Assembly: GCA_937625935.1 (NCBI GenBank)
Contig: OW569344.1
Coordinates: 558,001-622,000, forward strand
Reading direction: 5' to 3'
Length of the DNA: 64,000 nt
Source of the DNA: Tetramitus jugosus
Taxonomy: Eukaryota; Protista; Heterolobosea
The translations under genes were made by a program, and so were the position numbers. A model generated the notes under the pieces. It was not told the origin of the DNA, did not search any database, and worked only from the letters and a program-made list of their open reading frames with translations. The first letter of the stretch is position 1. Each line of letters starts with the position of its first letter. Below, piece by piece: positions 33,301 through 43,125 of this stretch.

Positions 33301-33833
33301 TTCTTGGCATCGGACAGTGCAATCATGTCATGTGAAAAAGTAACGGTGATACATGGAGTGTTAACAGTGTCTTGAATGAGACCTTGTGGTGAATATCGAA
33401 CCACTCTCAATTCATTCTTAATGTTATCACCAACTTCATCTTCATCATCCACCATTCGATCCTCATCACTCTCTGGTGCAGCAGTGGTAGTAGGTGGAAA
33501 TGGTTGTTGAATGACACTGCCTGATCTCTCTGGCAAAATGGTTTTTTCTCTCTGGTGGAACTGCTGTTGTTCTTGATCGTCACTTGCAGCAGCAGAAGAA
33601 ATGGGTGGCAATCGAGAGTACAATTGATTCAATTCCTCACTGGACAATGGGGCAGTAGTAGTGATGGTCGTTGGTTCTTCATTTTCACCATGAATAGACA
33701 ATTGAGTCAATGATTGAACAAGGTCATTTGCAGTTGGTTCTCTGACACTGATTTGCAAAATGGGTTGCACAGCAGCAGCGGCAGTAGCCTGTTGGTTATT
33801 ATTAATGTTGTGAAAGGTTGGTCGTGTGCGCAT
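27312..33833 (-). CDS. Bacterial-type alpha-2-macroglobulin (thioester protein) with N-terminal Ig-like domains
   Basis: FTDRGLYKPKE, FQVLEFRTPEY, VVDEAVL, VRSNFNPLAFF, LPDSLTRYRV, LPRFLNFGD, YQFSCNEQ, WSSTQEN, DKLPAGLE, RDERVEAF, PPAHAEEMYSPEVFGRS. Confidence 0.93.
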   Translation of the reverse strand: MRTRPTFHNINNNQQATAAAAVQPILQISVREPTANDLVQSLTQLSIHGENEEPTTITTTAPLSSEELNQLYSRLPPISSAAASDDQEQQQFHQREKTILPERSGSVIQQPFPPTTTAAPESDEDRMVDDEDEVGDNIKNELRVVRYSPQGLIQDTVNTPCITVTFSHDMIALSDAKNMIIPYDYNNKNSDIEYPFQIEVDQPQKDSTAPVVNLKGRFRWLGTKTVTFEPEYQLPKSTRFIITIPQGKQSVVISNHVVRPLSAAVSFTIETPTVQLIDRLPFPNSVHPLNELPIGFLEFDQEVDASRVLDHVSCKIVRDQYRVQFQLLTRDQVKQQLDDIFSASSNGKVLAQKYQSSYETKLLSSADKESRHLWFKIQLVATNTNDRVPFASGDRFTIQVGPNLPSKEGPLTSTTKKFEIPIQNYPPFQIKPDPNQSKLLPLQAWSIRFSNDIDLESLSDDMIRVDPPLPQIKLNPSGNTLSISGRSKGRTLYTVSVSHRLKDIYGQLLQDTPQMTNTTDETTQEKWTELKFRVGPAAQLLSVFQTNLVILDPMIAAHEPPQHSVVTVNLPSFHLIVSQVDPSMYKSNLFYQHQRKEQQLPTLPGTVVFSGDITVESPQPDEPTETVINLLPYLQFPRERLGQLLIAVTPTQGTWKSNSSSYYSTDPCHITWIQATNMAIDCFSTSHSNKICWANSLIDGSSVQGAKFNYQGIESDETDENGVVQMKAKVSSYEVPLVCRKGNDVVFVTDINEAYNYTDSVAMNMFTDRGLYKPKETMHVKGFAREIIRTNEGSTYTLKNPTVGHSLSYTIRDGRYQEIATGKAQITGCGAFTFQYTLPDNMNLGSCNIEVRYSANYVSTCSFQVLEFRTPEYSVTSSVPPSHYIVNDSAVVTTNASYYSGGGLNDASVDYTVTQATSTYTPPGWSKFKFQYSPPFWYSYYPFMRSSGNEQQQPSPVSFAGKTDADGQHQVCIEFKETARKVKQPVTITSEASVQDINRQTINSSASFIVHPSSFYVGVRTKKQFVKPNVNFDLDLIVTNIDGKPRPNVNIVLTATTTERVRHGYSYTENEVEVFRSTIASQLQPVSHTVQFSKGGNYKLTFQIEDQNGLHNSTAVDVSVYGGESLDSNTSRVTSETITIIPDKESYQPGEEAKLFVQAPFEGPAEGFYFVQCSGIMFKERFSIGSGVNCTELTVPIRDEYTPNVNIGVYVVGQSDRADQSGRVIKSSSSNDNTVPKRPAYAVGSLSLDIPPTRHEIKCQVTPKSSSVTPGETTEVEVLVTDVNGKSLSNSEVTLVVVDEAVLSLIGYSIQVPLSTFYVRHNSNTIHSPSRRLVLVKNWDNIQVQEEEELVLSNQAFGGMLKRGSVGGGGRGGTFGAARFSKLANAAPRARSAMMMDMVSSASDSAGGSSTGEQPQIAVRSNFNPLAFFAPVVNTDENGVAKASFTLPDSLTRYRVTAVAVHGADMFGLGDSSIVAQLPVSIRPSLPRFLNFGDEAQFSCVIQNQTTSPIEMHVAIQYSNHLSLECAEKAGLKIKMPAMGRTELSYPMKAECTGEACFQIGATTVSGASFCDAVEKKVPVYTPATSEAFATYGEIDGTNESVYQPIEPPSDAYSQFGGLQITTSSTALQSLTDAFIYLVDYQFSCNEQIASKIMSIVTLGEVLSAFKIATLPSADKLQDMVKSGLDELYKNQHSSGAYGFWKSESRVSAYVTVHVAHCFARCIMAGHPVTYASLSRSKTALRTIENFMNETYYTEESKRAVRSYAYYVLSLLGDDQAVPLALKLWKECGGITRELTKSSLSMEGLAWVAFVLFNNKNNNGENKAIVDTIFKHLMNRVNETAETANFVTSYGDNQTRKLVMLHSSRRTDAVILDVLMSVDPTNSLVVKVVKGLLAHRKKGRWSSTQENVFCLIALHKYFGIYEAKTPNFTLDMWIDKQYAGHQEYVGRSTEQNLLNIPMKHLMTAPAQESQSSNNNRKDLIMHKKGDGRMYYRIGLTYAPRNLSVDPLDCGFTVERTYESVTDQSHVKKNEDGSWEFKAGELVRVRITLCNASRRYHVALVDKLPAGLEVLNPDLKTTGTIPAASSEDNEGGARRGRGFCWWWRSVWYEHQNLRDERVEAFSSLLWEGVHKYSYVCRATSIGDFVVPPAHAEEMYSPEVFGRSATDKVRVVKND

Positions 33834-34285
33834 CTTGTGTTACTGTTGTTTATAGAGTGGGTATATAATTATGGGTATATGTGTATATGGTCTGTTTTTG
33901 TTGTAGTGTTTTTTGTTGTTTTTTAGATCAGTTTGCACAGTGACGTGTGTTACTCAGAGATCTTGGAAAGCTTTGCACTAAACTCCTGGGAACATGGATA
34001 TCGGCGATCAGTTCAAGGGAATTAATTGTCGAGCGTTTTTATTTTCTGCACAGGAACTACAATTTTCTGTTCGAGTCGGTCAAACTGACAATGGCCGACC
34101 ACCCACTGGTGAACTAGAACAACGATTCTCTACTTCAGAACTTGACTGGACTGCAAGATAACCTTCATGGGGTTTTCCTTACTTTTTCTTGCTCCTTCTC
34201 TTGTATGGGTTCAATTGATCCCGTGAACCTTGCATTCCCACAAAAAGCAAAACAACAAACCAACAAACGACAATCAATATCAAAA

Positions 34286-34732
34286 ATGCCAAAGGTACGA
34301 ACCAAAAAAACAAAGTTCCCCAAAGACTGGTCCATCGTCGAATCGACCATGCTAGAATTCGAACAAAAGATGAGAGAAGCAGAAACGGAGAATCATCAAG
34401 GAAAGCGAAAACATGAGGGAACGTGGGAGATTCTAAAGATTCACCATGATCGATCACGATACCTCTACGAAATGTACTATAAGAAGAAGGAAATATCACG
34501 CGAGTTGTATGATTTTTGTCTGAGAGAGGGATATGGTGATGCTGCGTTGATTGCCAAATGGAAGAAGCAAGGATATGAAAAGTTGTGTTGTTTGCAGTGC
34601 ATTCAATCGAGGGATCATCAGTTTGGAACCGTGTGTATCTGTCGTGTGCCAAAACCACAGTTGGCAGATGAGGGCAAAGCTGAAATTCAGTGCAATCATT
34701 GTGGGTGCAAAGGATGTTCGAGCTCTGATTGA
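34286..34732 (+). CDS. BUD31: Splicing factor BUD31/G10
   Basis: MPKVRT...HHDRSRYLY...[18 protein letters not shown]...CICRVPK...[11 protein letters not shown]. Confidence 0.97.
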   Translation: MPKVRTKKTKFPKDWSIVESTMLEFEQKMREAETENHQGKRKHEGTWEILKIHHDRSRYLYEMYYKKKEISRELYDFCLREGYGDAALIAKWKKQGYEKLCCLQCIQSRDHQFGTVCICRVPKPQLADEGKAEIQCNHCGCKGCSSSD

Positions 34733-34947
34733 ACAACTGTATCATAGTAGCAGATCCGATATCTATCCATTCATGAATCAATCATCATCATCATCAGTAC
34801 ATTATCGAGAGAGAAAATGTTCAAGTTTTTATTCAGTCAAGGGATGAATTGTGTCATGGTCAGGGATATGTGAGTGAAATAGCAAGTGCAGGAGTGAAAT
34901 CTGTAGTGTGTGTGTAAAGCGACTTTGTGTGTTCTGAATTTTGTTTT

Positions 34948-35771
34948 TTACATGACCAATCGATAAGTGACATAACGACCAGCAGTCTCACTAGGACGAA
35001 TAATTTTGACAACGTCTTGTCTCTGCAGTCCAAAGTAACGTGCAACTGGATCGGTTATTCTGATTCTTGGCAGTTGATTCTCCTTCAGTTTGTATCGTGC
35101 GAGCAAATCATTCTTTTGTGTAGATGTTAATGGAACATGTGTAGGCACCAATGAGTGCTCAGTAATGTTCACCAACAGTTCACTCTCCTTAAATGTCTCA
35201 ATCACTCTACCAGTACCTTCCACTGCATCAATTGCTTGCTTACCCTTTGGTGATAGTTCCTTTTGGTTGTAGCTGTCAGGTGGTCTCAAGACAAGGATGG
35301 CTCTCCTCACATTATTATCCACCATACGTGTGTGATAACTATTCATGTTCATTCCAACAACAACAACAATAACAACAACAGTAACAATAACGACAAAAGA
35401 AAATTTTTGTTAGCTCACAAAAGTCAACCATCAAACACACACACATATCAATCGACTACAAATGAACAAAACACATACTCTTCAATTTCCTTGACACCAA
35501 TTCTCTTTGCTTCAGGGAAAAATATAAAAATAGTGTCACTTGGATCATCAATCTTTGATGTCAGAGACATGAGTCTCTCACGAGAAACGGTTTTATAGTT
35601 TTTGGAGTGTGCTCCTCCTGTTCCACTCACATCATGTGTATCAGCAGAAAACTTGTCTTCAAACTCTTGGAGAGTCATTTTAATTTCACTCTCATCGACA
35701 ATGTACTTCCGATCAGATAGCATTTGAAGAACAGTTCTGCGCACTCGCCATAGTTTATATGTCTCGTCCAT
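34948..35771 (-). CDS. RPB5: RNA polymerase I/II/III shared subunit RPB5; two exons, intron 35339-35478
   Basis: [17 protein letters not shown] and [13 protein letters not shown]...[14 protein letters not shown]...[11 protein letters not shown]; phase-2 GTATGT...TAG intron joins the two ORFs in frame. Confidence 0.96.
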
Positions 35772-36084
35772 TGTTTTTTCGTTTTGATAATAACGTTCCC
35801 TTTTTGTTTGCTTTTTTTCTCTGGTGATGGAGTTTTCTCACACAGAATTTTGTCATTTTCATCCGCGAAAAGCGGTGAATTTGCGTAAAGAATCAATAAA
35901 CCCGTTGAACTCTCAAAATCTCTGAACCTTACAAAATCGTCGGTCCACTGTTTCCGCGACGATGTATCGGAATTGTCTTTCGCAACACTCCGTCAGATCG
36001 ATTCATCGCCAGAATTTACACACACAAAAAGCTCCAACAAAGCAAAAAAACATCAACAACAAAACATCAACCAAACAAAATACA

Positions 36085-37245
36085 ATGTCCAAGAAGAAGG
36101 GTGTCCAAGAAGTTTCACTAAAGGCTCAAGTCCTAGGCAGAGTCGGTACCAACCTTGAAATTGGTGTCGTTGGTCTTCCAAACGTTGGAAAGAGTTCATT
36201 CTTCAACGTTCTCACAAACTCTCAAGTTCTTGCAGAGAATTATCCATTTGCTACCATTGATCCCAACACTGCTAGAGTTGCTGTTCCTGATGAGAGATTT
36301 GAGTGGTTGGTTGAACATTGGAAACCTGCAAATGACGTTGCAGCTGTGTTGAATGTGACTGATATTGCTGGATTGGTCAAGGGTGCCAACGAAGGAGAGG
36401 GTCTCGGTAACGCCTTCTTGTCTCACATTAAGGCAGTGGATGCCATTTTCCACATGGTCAGAGCATTCGACGACAGTGATATTACTCATGTCGAAGGCAA
36501 CATTGATCCAATCAGAGACATTAAGATTATTAACAGAGAGTTGCGATTGAAGGACATTGCCTTTTTGGAGAAGCACCGTGAAGTGACTGCAAAACTCGCA
36601 AAGCAAAAGAAGGAAAAGATGGAAGAAGTGTTGGTTTGTGAAAAGGCACTCAAGATGCTCCAGGAAGATGAATTGGAAGTGAGATTTGGTGAATGGAAGG
36701 CAAAGGAGATTGAAATTTTGAACTCGTTGCAATTGTTGACCGCAAAGACTGTTGTCTATCTCATTAACATGTCTCCAAACGACTATGCCAAGAAGAAGAA
36801 CAAGTTTTTGCCTGAACTTCAAAAGTTTGTGGTTGAGGAGAGAGGTGAACAAATGATTCCATTCTCTGTTGCATTCGAAGAAAAGTTTGCAAAGTTGGAC
36901 GAAGAAAAGAAGAATATCATGAGAAACGAGAAGAAGTTGGACAGTGTTTTGCCACATATTATCAAGACTGGTTACAGTGCACTCGGTCTCATTTACTTCT
37001 TCACTGCCGGTAAGGACGAAGTGAAGGCATGGACGATCAAGGCTGGTATGAAGGCACCACAAGCCGGTGGCAGAATTCACACTGACTTTGAAAAGTTGTT
37101 CATTTGTTGTGAAGTGATGGCTTTTGCTGACTATAAGGAGTTAGGCTCAGAAACAGCATGCAAGAATGCTGGAAAGTACCTGCAACAAGGTAAGGCTTAC
37201 ACTGTGAGCGACGGTGATATCATCTTCTTCAAGTCTGGCAGATAA
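36085..37245 (+). CDS. OLA1: Obg-like ATPase 1 / YchF
   Basis: GVVGLPNVGKS, NYPFATIDPN, DIAGLVKGA, GLGNAFLSHI, FFTAGKDEVKAWTI, APQAGGRIHTDF and DGDIIFFK. Confidence 0.97.
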   Translation: MSKKKGVQEVSLKAQVLGRVGTNLEIGVVGLPNVGKSSFFNVLTNSQVLAENYPFATIDPNTARVAVPDERFEWLVEHWKPANDVAAVLNVTDIAGLVKGANEGEGLGNAFLSHIKAVDAIFHMVRAFDDSDITHVEGNIDPIRDIKIINRELRLKDIAFLEKHREVTAKLAKQKKEKMEEVLVCEKALKMLQEDELEVRFGEWKAKEIEILNSLQLLTAKTVVYLINMSPNDYAKKKNKFLPELQKFVVEERGEQMIPFSVAFEEKFAKLDEEKKNIMRNEKKLDSVLPHIIKTGYSALGLIYFFTAGKDEVKAWTIKAGMKAPQAGGRIHTDFEKLFICCEVMAFADYKELGSETACKNAGKYLQQGKAYTVSDGDIIFFKSGR

Positions 37246-37279
37246 ATTATTTTTTTATATTTCATCTTTATTCTCTTGT

Positions 37280-40200
37280 TTACTTGTTCAAAATGTCCAG
37301 GAGTGTGGAGAATTTGGATTGGACGGCAATGTCCTTTTCTTTGGACTGGCCCTCTTGCAACAGCTCGATTGTCTGTGGTTTCACTTGTTCGAACAGCTCG
37401 GATCTTTCGGTCTTCATGAGTTTGAGAAATTCTCCAAATATCTCGAAAGCCTTTGTTCTTGTCAGGATTTGTCTCTGTGATGGATCGGTTTGCATAAAGA
37501 GCAACTGGATGAACTGGTTGACCTTGGCTGGAGAGAAGAGTTGTTGCTGTGCTTCGACGTCGCAGCTCTTCAATAGACGAGTAGCGAATGTCATAAGGGA
37601 GTTGAGAAGGGAGTGGGAAACAGGAACACTGAGTCTAGCGCTCGAAAGTGACTCCACAAGCGATTGAATCTCCTTCTCGAACAGAGCAACATGATTTGAT
37701 GGCACAATGAGCGGTGTGAGCTCAATGGTCTGACACATGATTTCTTCTTTTTGTTTCTCTTCTCTCTTCTTCTCGAGAGTCATTGCAGCTGGTTCCTTTT
37801 GTTCCTCCTTTTCCTTTTCTGCATCCTCGGGCGATTGAGTGACCTGTTGGCACTCATTGAGTGTGTTTCTGGCACTATTGTACAATTGTTCGTCAACCAT
37901 GCGTTCGAACAGTGGAACCTTCAGGATTCTTCTCATACAGGACAAGGCTTGTAACTTGAATGCGACATTGTTTCTGCTACATTCACGCAACGCAACTTCG
38001 AGCACCTTTTGTAACAACTGCTTCTGATTCTCATCAGTGTAGTCAGAGTCCTTCTTGAAAGCCTCACAAGTCGATGCGAGAGCCTCCAATAGAATCTCCT
38101 TTCCTTCCCATACTCGACCAGGTATGTTGGACAATAAGTTTGTAATGATCTTGGTTCGTTGTGCTTGAGTGATATCAATATTGAGAAGAGTTCCAATTTC
38201 GTTTAGACCCTGACCGCCTTGCTTCTTCATCTTCCAGGATTGATGATTCAATAATTGGATACACATGTCAGCGATTGGTTCAATGTACAAACGAATGGTG
38301 TCTTTTGGAGATGTGGTCATGCACTCTTCCCATACGCTCTCCCAAACAGAGTTTACTCTCTTGCTTTCATCATGTCTGGCAATGAAAATAACAGGGAGAA
38401 CCAGTTCGTTGAATCGCTTGATAATCGCTGGAACATTTCTGGCAATGTTCTCCATGAGAATTCCACTGACATGATGAATCTCCTCGCTCTTGGCATCTTC
38501 ATTGCTCTGAACATAGAGGTTCAAAATTTGTTGAAGGACGAGCTTGCCTTGAGTGACCTTTGCATTCTTCAGTATATAAGGCAAAGATATAGCCAATACC
38601 TTCTTCTCTACAGCACTCGAAGTTGTTTGAATGGTTCTCATAACGGCAGTCAGAAGAGTAGGGACAAACTTCTTGATTGCATTGCCATGGAACTTGCCGA
38701 GATCACCAATAAACTTTGCCGTGGCAGTTCTTGTGGGCAATCCAACACCACTTCGCAATATGTCAACGATTCTTGGTATCAAAGTTTCACACACCTCTTC
38801 ATCGATATGTCTTGCACAGGCAGAAATTGTGTCATTGATAGGACCAGATTGAGCCATTGACATACGCATCGATTCTAGTTGCTCCTGTGACACATTGTAC
38901 TTGTCTGCATTCAATTGTATATAGTTGAAAGCAGCAGGTTCAAGAACAGACATTTGTTCCAAGAGCACTCCAATAATATCTGTGATATGAGGTCTGATGA
39001 GATGCAACGAAACTTGACATATTTGTTGCAGGTGCTCCAGAGAGAAGGAGACAACTTCCTTTGCAGGGAATAGGAGACCAGTCTTGAGATACACTGGAAT
39101 TAAAATCTTTAGAGCTCTACCAACTTCATTTCTGTCCGTGGTGTACTTTGGATTGCAGCATTTTACAGAGAATGCACCTAGCCTTCTCAATGTTGAAGCA
39201 GCTGCTTTTCTGCCTGATTCCTTAATGTCATCTGTGACTCTAAACACACGAATCATACATTCTTCAAGGAATGGCTCCATGTCGACAAATCTCCTACCCG
39301 AGATAAGATCGGATACAGCATGACAACTGGCCTCTCTGACTCTCCATAGTTCTGATTCAAGACCTGCAATAACCTCCTTCATGATAGCAGGGAAGAATTT
39401 ATCGATTGTCTCCTTAGGATTCTTAACCAGTGAGTTCCACATGTCAGTCATGGAACGATTAATGATCGGATTAGGATCAAACTGGTATCGGAACAGTTTT
39501 GGTACGATGACTGGCAATATCTTATCAAGTTCTCCATGTTCCTGACTGAATGAAGCGATAGACACTGCGCTGAAAGCTGCTGCTTTCTTAGCGTTCCACA
39601 TCGCATGATGACTGGAGACAGACAACATTTGATAAATCATTTCAGGTTTTCCTATGTCATTTGCTACAGATACCAATTCCTTATACGTACCCATTCCCTT
39701 GTCCATATTCTTGATTTCCTCTGGGAAGAGAAGCAACTCTGAATCTTGGGTTAGCTTGATATCCTTGGCATTCTTTTTGCCCGACAACGAGTTCATCAAT
39801 GAGTTGACAAGGTCTTTTTGAGTTTGTTTGTCACCCAACTGGTACACATATGCCAAACCTCTACCAGCAACTTCAGTTGTTACCTCATTGTTATCTGTCA
39901 ATAAAATAGAAAATGCTTTCTGGATATCTTTCAAATAATTCCTCAAGTATGGACTCTCTGAGCAGTAGCGTGATATGGCCAGGAGCCAGATTGAAGATGA
40001 TTGCCGAATAATCTTCTTGGGACTCAACACACCACTTTGAATAACCTTAGATAAAATCGACGTAGTAAATGTTTTTCTGAGCGTCTGTTCTCTTTCGAGT
40101 TCTTCAGATGTCATTGGTCTGCTGAATATTACCTCATACTCGTCGTACTGATAGAGCGTACAATATAGATTTCCACCAGCAATGCAAGAGAATGCCTCGC

Positions 40201-42838
40201 CAATTGTAAATTGCATCTCCTCTGCCTTATCTGTGCTCAGATTAAAGAGACAGTCAACAATCTTCTGCAAGATGAGTTGATCCGGTTCATGAAGACACAA
40301 CATGCTTAGAGAACCAATAATCTTTTCCTTCAAATTATTAGTTGTACTCGATTTGTTCAATTGGTCCAGCAATAAATCAATTGCTTCTTGCTTCGAGTTG
40401 ATCACTGTTGTCAACTTCTTCTGCAGTTCAGCACTTAGAGGTTTACGGTATTGTCCCAAGTAGCATAGAGCACCTTGACGAGCAATTTCTCCAAATGCGT
40501 AGTAACATGCTCTTGGAATCAATGCTCTATGACTACCAATAACAATCAGATCAACAATATCTTCCACTATTCCCTTGAGCTCCTCTGGTACTGTAGGGTT
40601 CCGAGTTCTCTTGAACGTTAGAGCAACAATATTTCCCAGTGTTAAGATGGCTCCATGAGTGGAACTCTCTGTTGAATTGGACATGTTTTCCTTTAGCATA
40701 TTTAAAAGTTGCAGCTTATTGGAATCATTCATGAACATGTACAATACTGCCATGAGTCTCGCTGTTTGTTCTCTTGACTGTTCATCACCATTAAACATAT
40801 ATTTTTTAACAATGCTGAATTGTTCAGCAAACAATGGTCCAAATTCTTCAACATCCAATGAACACAAGTGCAAAACAGCCGAAGATGCCTCTAACAACAA
40901 ATCTGCAGATGAAAATTCATGGAAGGCTTTCTGTAGACACAAAGTATATGCACTTATGATTGGTTCGCCAGATGTTGTCGTACGACCGCGCAAAGAGACA
41001 ACATACTCCTTTAAGCTCATGTTTTGTTTCTTTGCCGAGTCTTCCAATACTTTCCTGAAGAACTCAATGAGTGCAAAGTGTGCCCCTGGAGCAATAGTAG
41101 GACTATCAGGATTTATCAGATAGTTGTATACATACTGTGTAAACTCCACAAAGTCTGGATAGTGAAATTGTTCTTTTGTATCCAGTTGTCGATACTTGGT
41201 AAATCGCTCGAAGTCAGATCCTCGATATGCTTCCTCTCGTAAGTTTAGTGATTGATCGTTGGCACATAATAAATTGATGAACCGCGATGGAATATGTTCA
41301 AATGGAAACAGTCTGTTCGCACATCTCAAAACAGCCGCAGATGCATTCGGATTTCGATTCTTATCTACAATAAATCTTAAGAACAATTTTTCAAAATTGT
41401 CTTGCAATTGAGAGTCAGGGTTCTTATATGCATCGATCAGACTCGATAAACCCTGTTGAATTGAGATTTTAATCCTAGGTTCCTCCTTGATCAAACCAGA
41501 AAAGTACAACTGGACAATGTAAAACTTGTCTCGCACAATCTCTGGAAACTTCTTGGCCAAACTACCTAAAGCAGTATAAAAATTCTCCTTCATGACATTA
41601 ATTTGCGATACTTCACCTACATTGGAGCCAGCTCTATTTGATAACTTGGTAATACCATCAACAAGTTGACTCAAAAGAGCTTTGGCAAACGACTCCGTGT
41701 TCTCTCTCTTGCCTTCATTCAGTATCCAAATAAACAATTGCATACCACTCGCCTTGAGCTTTGGTGGCGCAAATTCACTGAATAATGAGTCAAATAAGAT
41801 ATCCTTGACCACATTTCCACTGTTTGCAGCCAACACAGACTTTGTTAAATAATAAATAATCTTGACTTTGACATTGGTCGATTGTTGCGTTCGGTTATAG
41901 GTCTTTCCCAAGTACAAATCAAAGAGTGTCGATACTAAATTAGGATCCTCGAAATCTAAATCTGTTACCTTCTTCAATCGATTCTCACATCTTGATGTTA
42001 GAGGCTCTTGTCCATCCACTGAGCCTATCAGCAACAACGGCAAAGCATCATTGTCGTTCAACAAATCGCTCGTTATCAAATTGCAGACCGCTTCTTTCCT
42101 GTCGAATATTTGCTTGGCATCCAAGTTACGCTCACCAATGATTCGCTTGACAGAAGCAACCGATAATCCCTCGGGTATCGACAAAACATCACCAGTCAGC
42201 TTGTAACTGGGTTTCATCAACAACACATCCTTCAAAAAATACAAAAACAACTTGACATCATCTCTCATTTCACTCTGTTTGAACATTTCGCTCAAAGATG
42301 CCAATTGATCATAATTGACTTGTTCACCACTGACCACCTCTGTTGTCGTCACTGCACTCTCTTCTGTTGGAACAATTGTCGCAGGGATCTTCATGTACAA
42401 AACACTGTCCATCATAAATCTCAATAGCATACTCTGTTGTGGCTCCGTTTTGGAAACAATCTTTGGCAATAACATCGTGAGCACATCTGCCTTCTCTTGA
42501 TTCGAACTGGATCGATAGGCCAAATCGAGGAAAATTTGAGCAAAGTTGCGCACAAAGGGAGAATCAGATGGAGGGTTCAAATACAATTGAAGAATGGCTT
42601 TAAAGGGCAACTTGAGCAAATGTGGCTCCTCTTGCTTGATACGCTTGTTTACATTGGTTAGGACTTCGATGACCTTGTTTCGCACGTTGACATCAGGGAA
42701 AGACAATAGGGATAACAACTGGGGCAACTGAGTAGAAATGTTCTGTTGCAGAACAGATCGATCATTGGTCAACAGAAGTTTGTTTCCCATTTTGTCAACA
42801 ATGTTGAATATTTGTTCACTGGAGGGCTTTTTGGACAT
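37280..42838 (-). CDS. ECM29: Proteasome adaptor ECM29
   Basis: 1852-aa HEAT protein; VRNKVIEVLTNVNKRIK, GTYKEL...HHAMWNAKKAAAF, PKLFRYQFDPN, WRVREASC, DDIKESGRKAA, SGVGLPT and GRVWEGKE. Confidence 0.92.
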   Translation of the reverse strand: MSKKPSSEQIFNIVDKMGNKLLLTNDRSVLQQNISTQLPQLLSLLSFPDVNVRNKVIEVLTNVNKRIKQEEPHLLKLPFKAILQLYLNPPSDSPFVRNFAQIFLDLAYRSSSNQEKADVLTMLLPKIVSKTEPQQSMLLRFMMDSVLYMKIPATIVPTEESAVTTTEVVSGEQVNYDQLASLSEMFKQSEMRDDVKLFLYFLKDVLLMKPSYKLTGDVLSIPEGLSVASVKRIIGERNLDAKQIFDRKEAVCNLITSDLLNDNDALPLLLIGSVDGQEPLTSRCENRLKKVTDLDFEDPNLVSTLFDLYLGKTYNRTQQSTNVKVKIIYYLTKSVLAANSGNVVKDILFDSLFSEFAPPKLKASGMQLFIWILNEGKRENTESFAKALLSQLVDGITKLSNRAGSNVGEVSQINVMKENFYTALGSLAKKFPEIVRDKFYIVQLYFSGLIKEEPRIKISIQQGLSSLIDAYKNPDSQLQDNFEKLFLRFIVDKNRNPNASAAVLRCANRLFPFEHIPSRFINLLCANDQSLNLREEAYRGSDFERFTKYRQLDTKEQFHYPDFVEFTQYVYNYLINPDSPTIAPGAHFALIEFFRKVLEDSAKKQNMSLKEYVVSLRGRTTTSGEPIISAYTLCLQKAFHEFSSADLLLEASSAVLHLCSLDVEEFGPLFAEQFSIVKKYMFNGDEQSREQTARLMAVLYMFMNDSNKLQLLNMLKENMSNSTESSTHGAILTLGNIVALTFKRTRNPTVPEELKGIVEDIVDLIVIGSHRALIPRACYYAFGEIARQGALCYLGQYRKPLSAELQKKLTTVINSKQEAIDLLLDQLNKSSTTNNLKEKIIGSLSMLCLHEPDQLILQKIVDCLFNLSTDKAEEMQFTIGEAFSCIAGGNLYCTLYQYDEYEVIFSRPMTSEELEREQTLRKTFTTSILSKVIQSGVLSPKKIIRQSSSIWLLAISRYCSESPYLRNYLKDIQKAFSILLTDNNEVTTEVAGRGLAYVYQLGDKQTQKDLVNSLMNSLSGKKNAKDIKLTQDSELLLFPEEIKNMDKGMGTYKELVSVANDIGKPEMIYQMLSVSSHHAMWNAKKAAAFSAVSIASFSQEHGELDKILPVIVPKLFRYQFDPNPIINRSMTDMWNSLVKNPKETIDKFFPAIMKEVIAGLESELWRVREASCHAVSDLISGRRFVDMEPFLEECMIRVFRVTDDIKESGRKAAASTLRRLGAFSVKCCNPKYTTDRNEVGRALKILIPVYLKTGLLFPAKEVVSFSLEHLQQICQVSLHLIRPHITDIIGVLLEQMSVLEPAAFNYIQLNADKYNVSQEQLESMRMSMAQSGPINDTISACARHIDEEVCETLIPRIVDILRSGVGLPTRTATAKFIGDLGKFHGNAIKKFVPTLLTAVMRTIQTTSSAVEKKVLAISLPYILKNAKVTQGKLVLQQILNLYVQSNEDAKSEEIHHVSGILMENIARNVPAIIKRFNELVLPVIFIARHDESKRVNSVWESVWEECMTTSPKDTIRLYIEPIADMCIQLLNHQSWKMKKQGGQGLNEIGTLLNIDITQAQRTKIITNLLSNIPGRVWEGKEILLEALASTCEAFKKDSDYTDENQKQLLQKVLEVALRECSRNNVAFKLQALSCMRRILKVPLFERMVDEQLYNSARNTLNECQQVTQSPEDAEKEKEEQKEPAAMTLEKKREEKQKEEIMCQTIELTPLIVPSNHVALFEKEIQSLVESLSSARLSVPVSHSLLNSLMTFATRLLKSCDVEAQQQLFSPAKVNQFIQLLFMQTDPSQRQILTRTKAFEIFGEFLKLMKTERSELFEQVKPQTIELLQEGQSKEKDIAVQSKFSTLLDILNK

Positions 42839-43125
42839 GATGATATTTTGTATATATGTAACTTATTAGAGAATAGATGGATTTGTTGTGGTTGATGTTT
42901 TGGTTTCTGGATGATTGTTGCGCAATATTTGTTTGATCAAATTCTCCTCATGACAATAAAAATAGAAATATAGTTCCTTGTGCTTCTTGCCGTTGTAATC
43001 GATATCATTGAACAGAAAGCGAAAACTTATCAAAATACAAAATACAAAAAGCTTTTGAGAAAGTACATCATCATTTTACTGTGATCGAGTTTATGATTGT
43101 CTTCTTTTTGTGTGTATGTGTGCGT

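Noticed and set aside
34075-34099. GTCGGTCA...TGGCCGAC stem, with similar GTCGGTC words at 18001 and 35939
   Set aside because: Short and imperfect, no snRNA/snoRNA hallmarks; too few instances to separate from chance
34179-34781. 200-aa antisense ORF
   Set aside because: Opposite BUD31; no recognisable features
36196-37080. 294-aa antisense ORF
   Set aside because: Lies wholly opposite the conserved OLA1 gene; codon-bias shadow with no motifs
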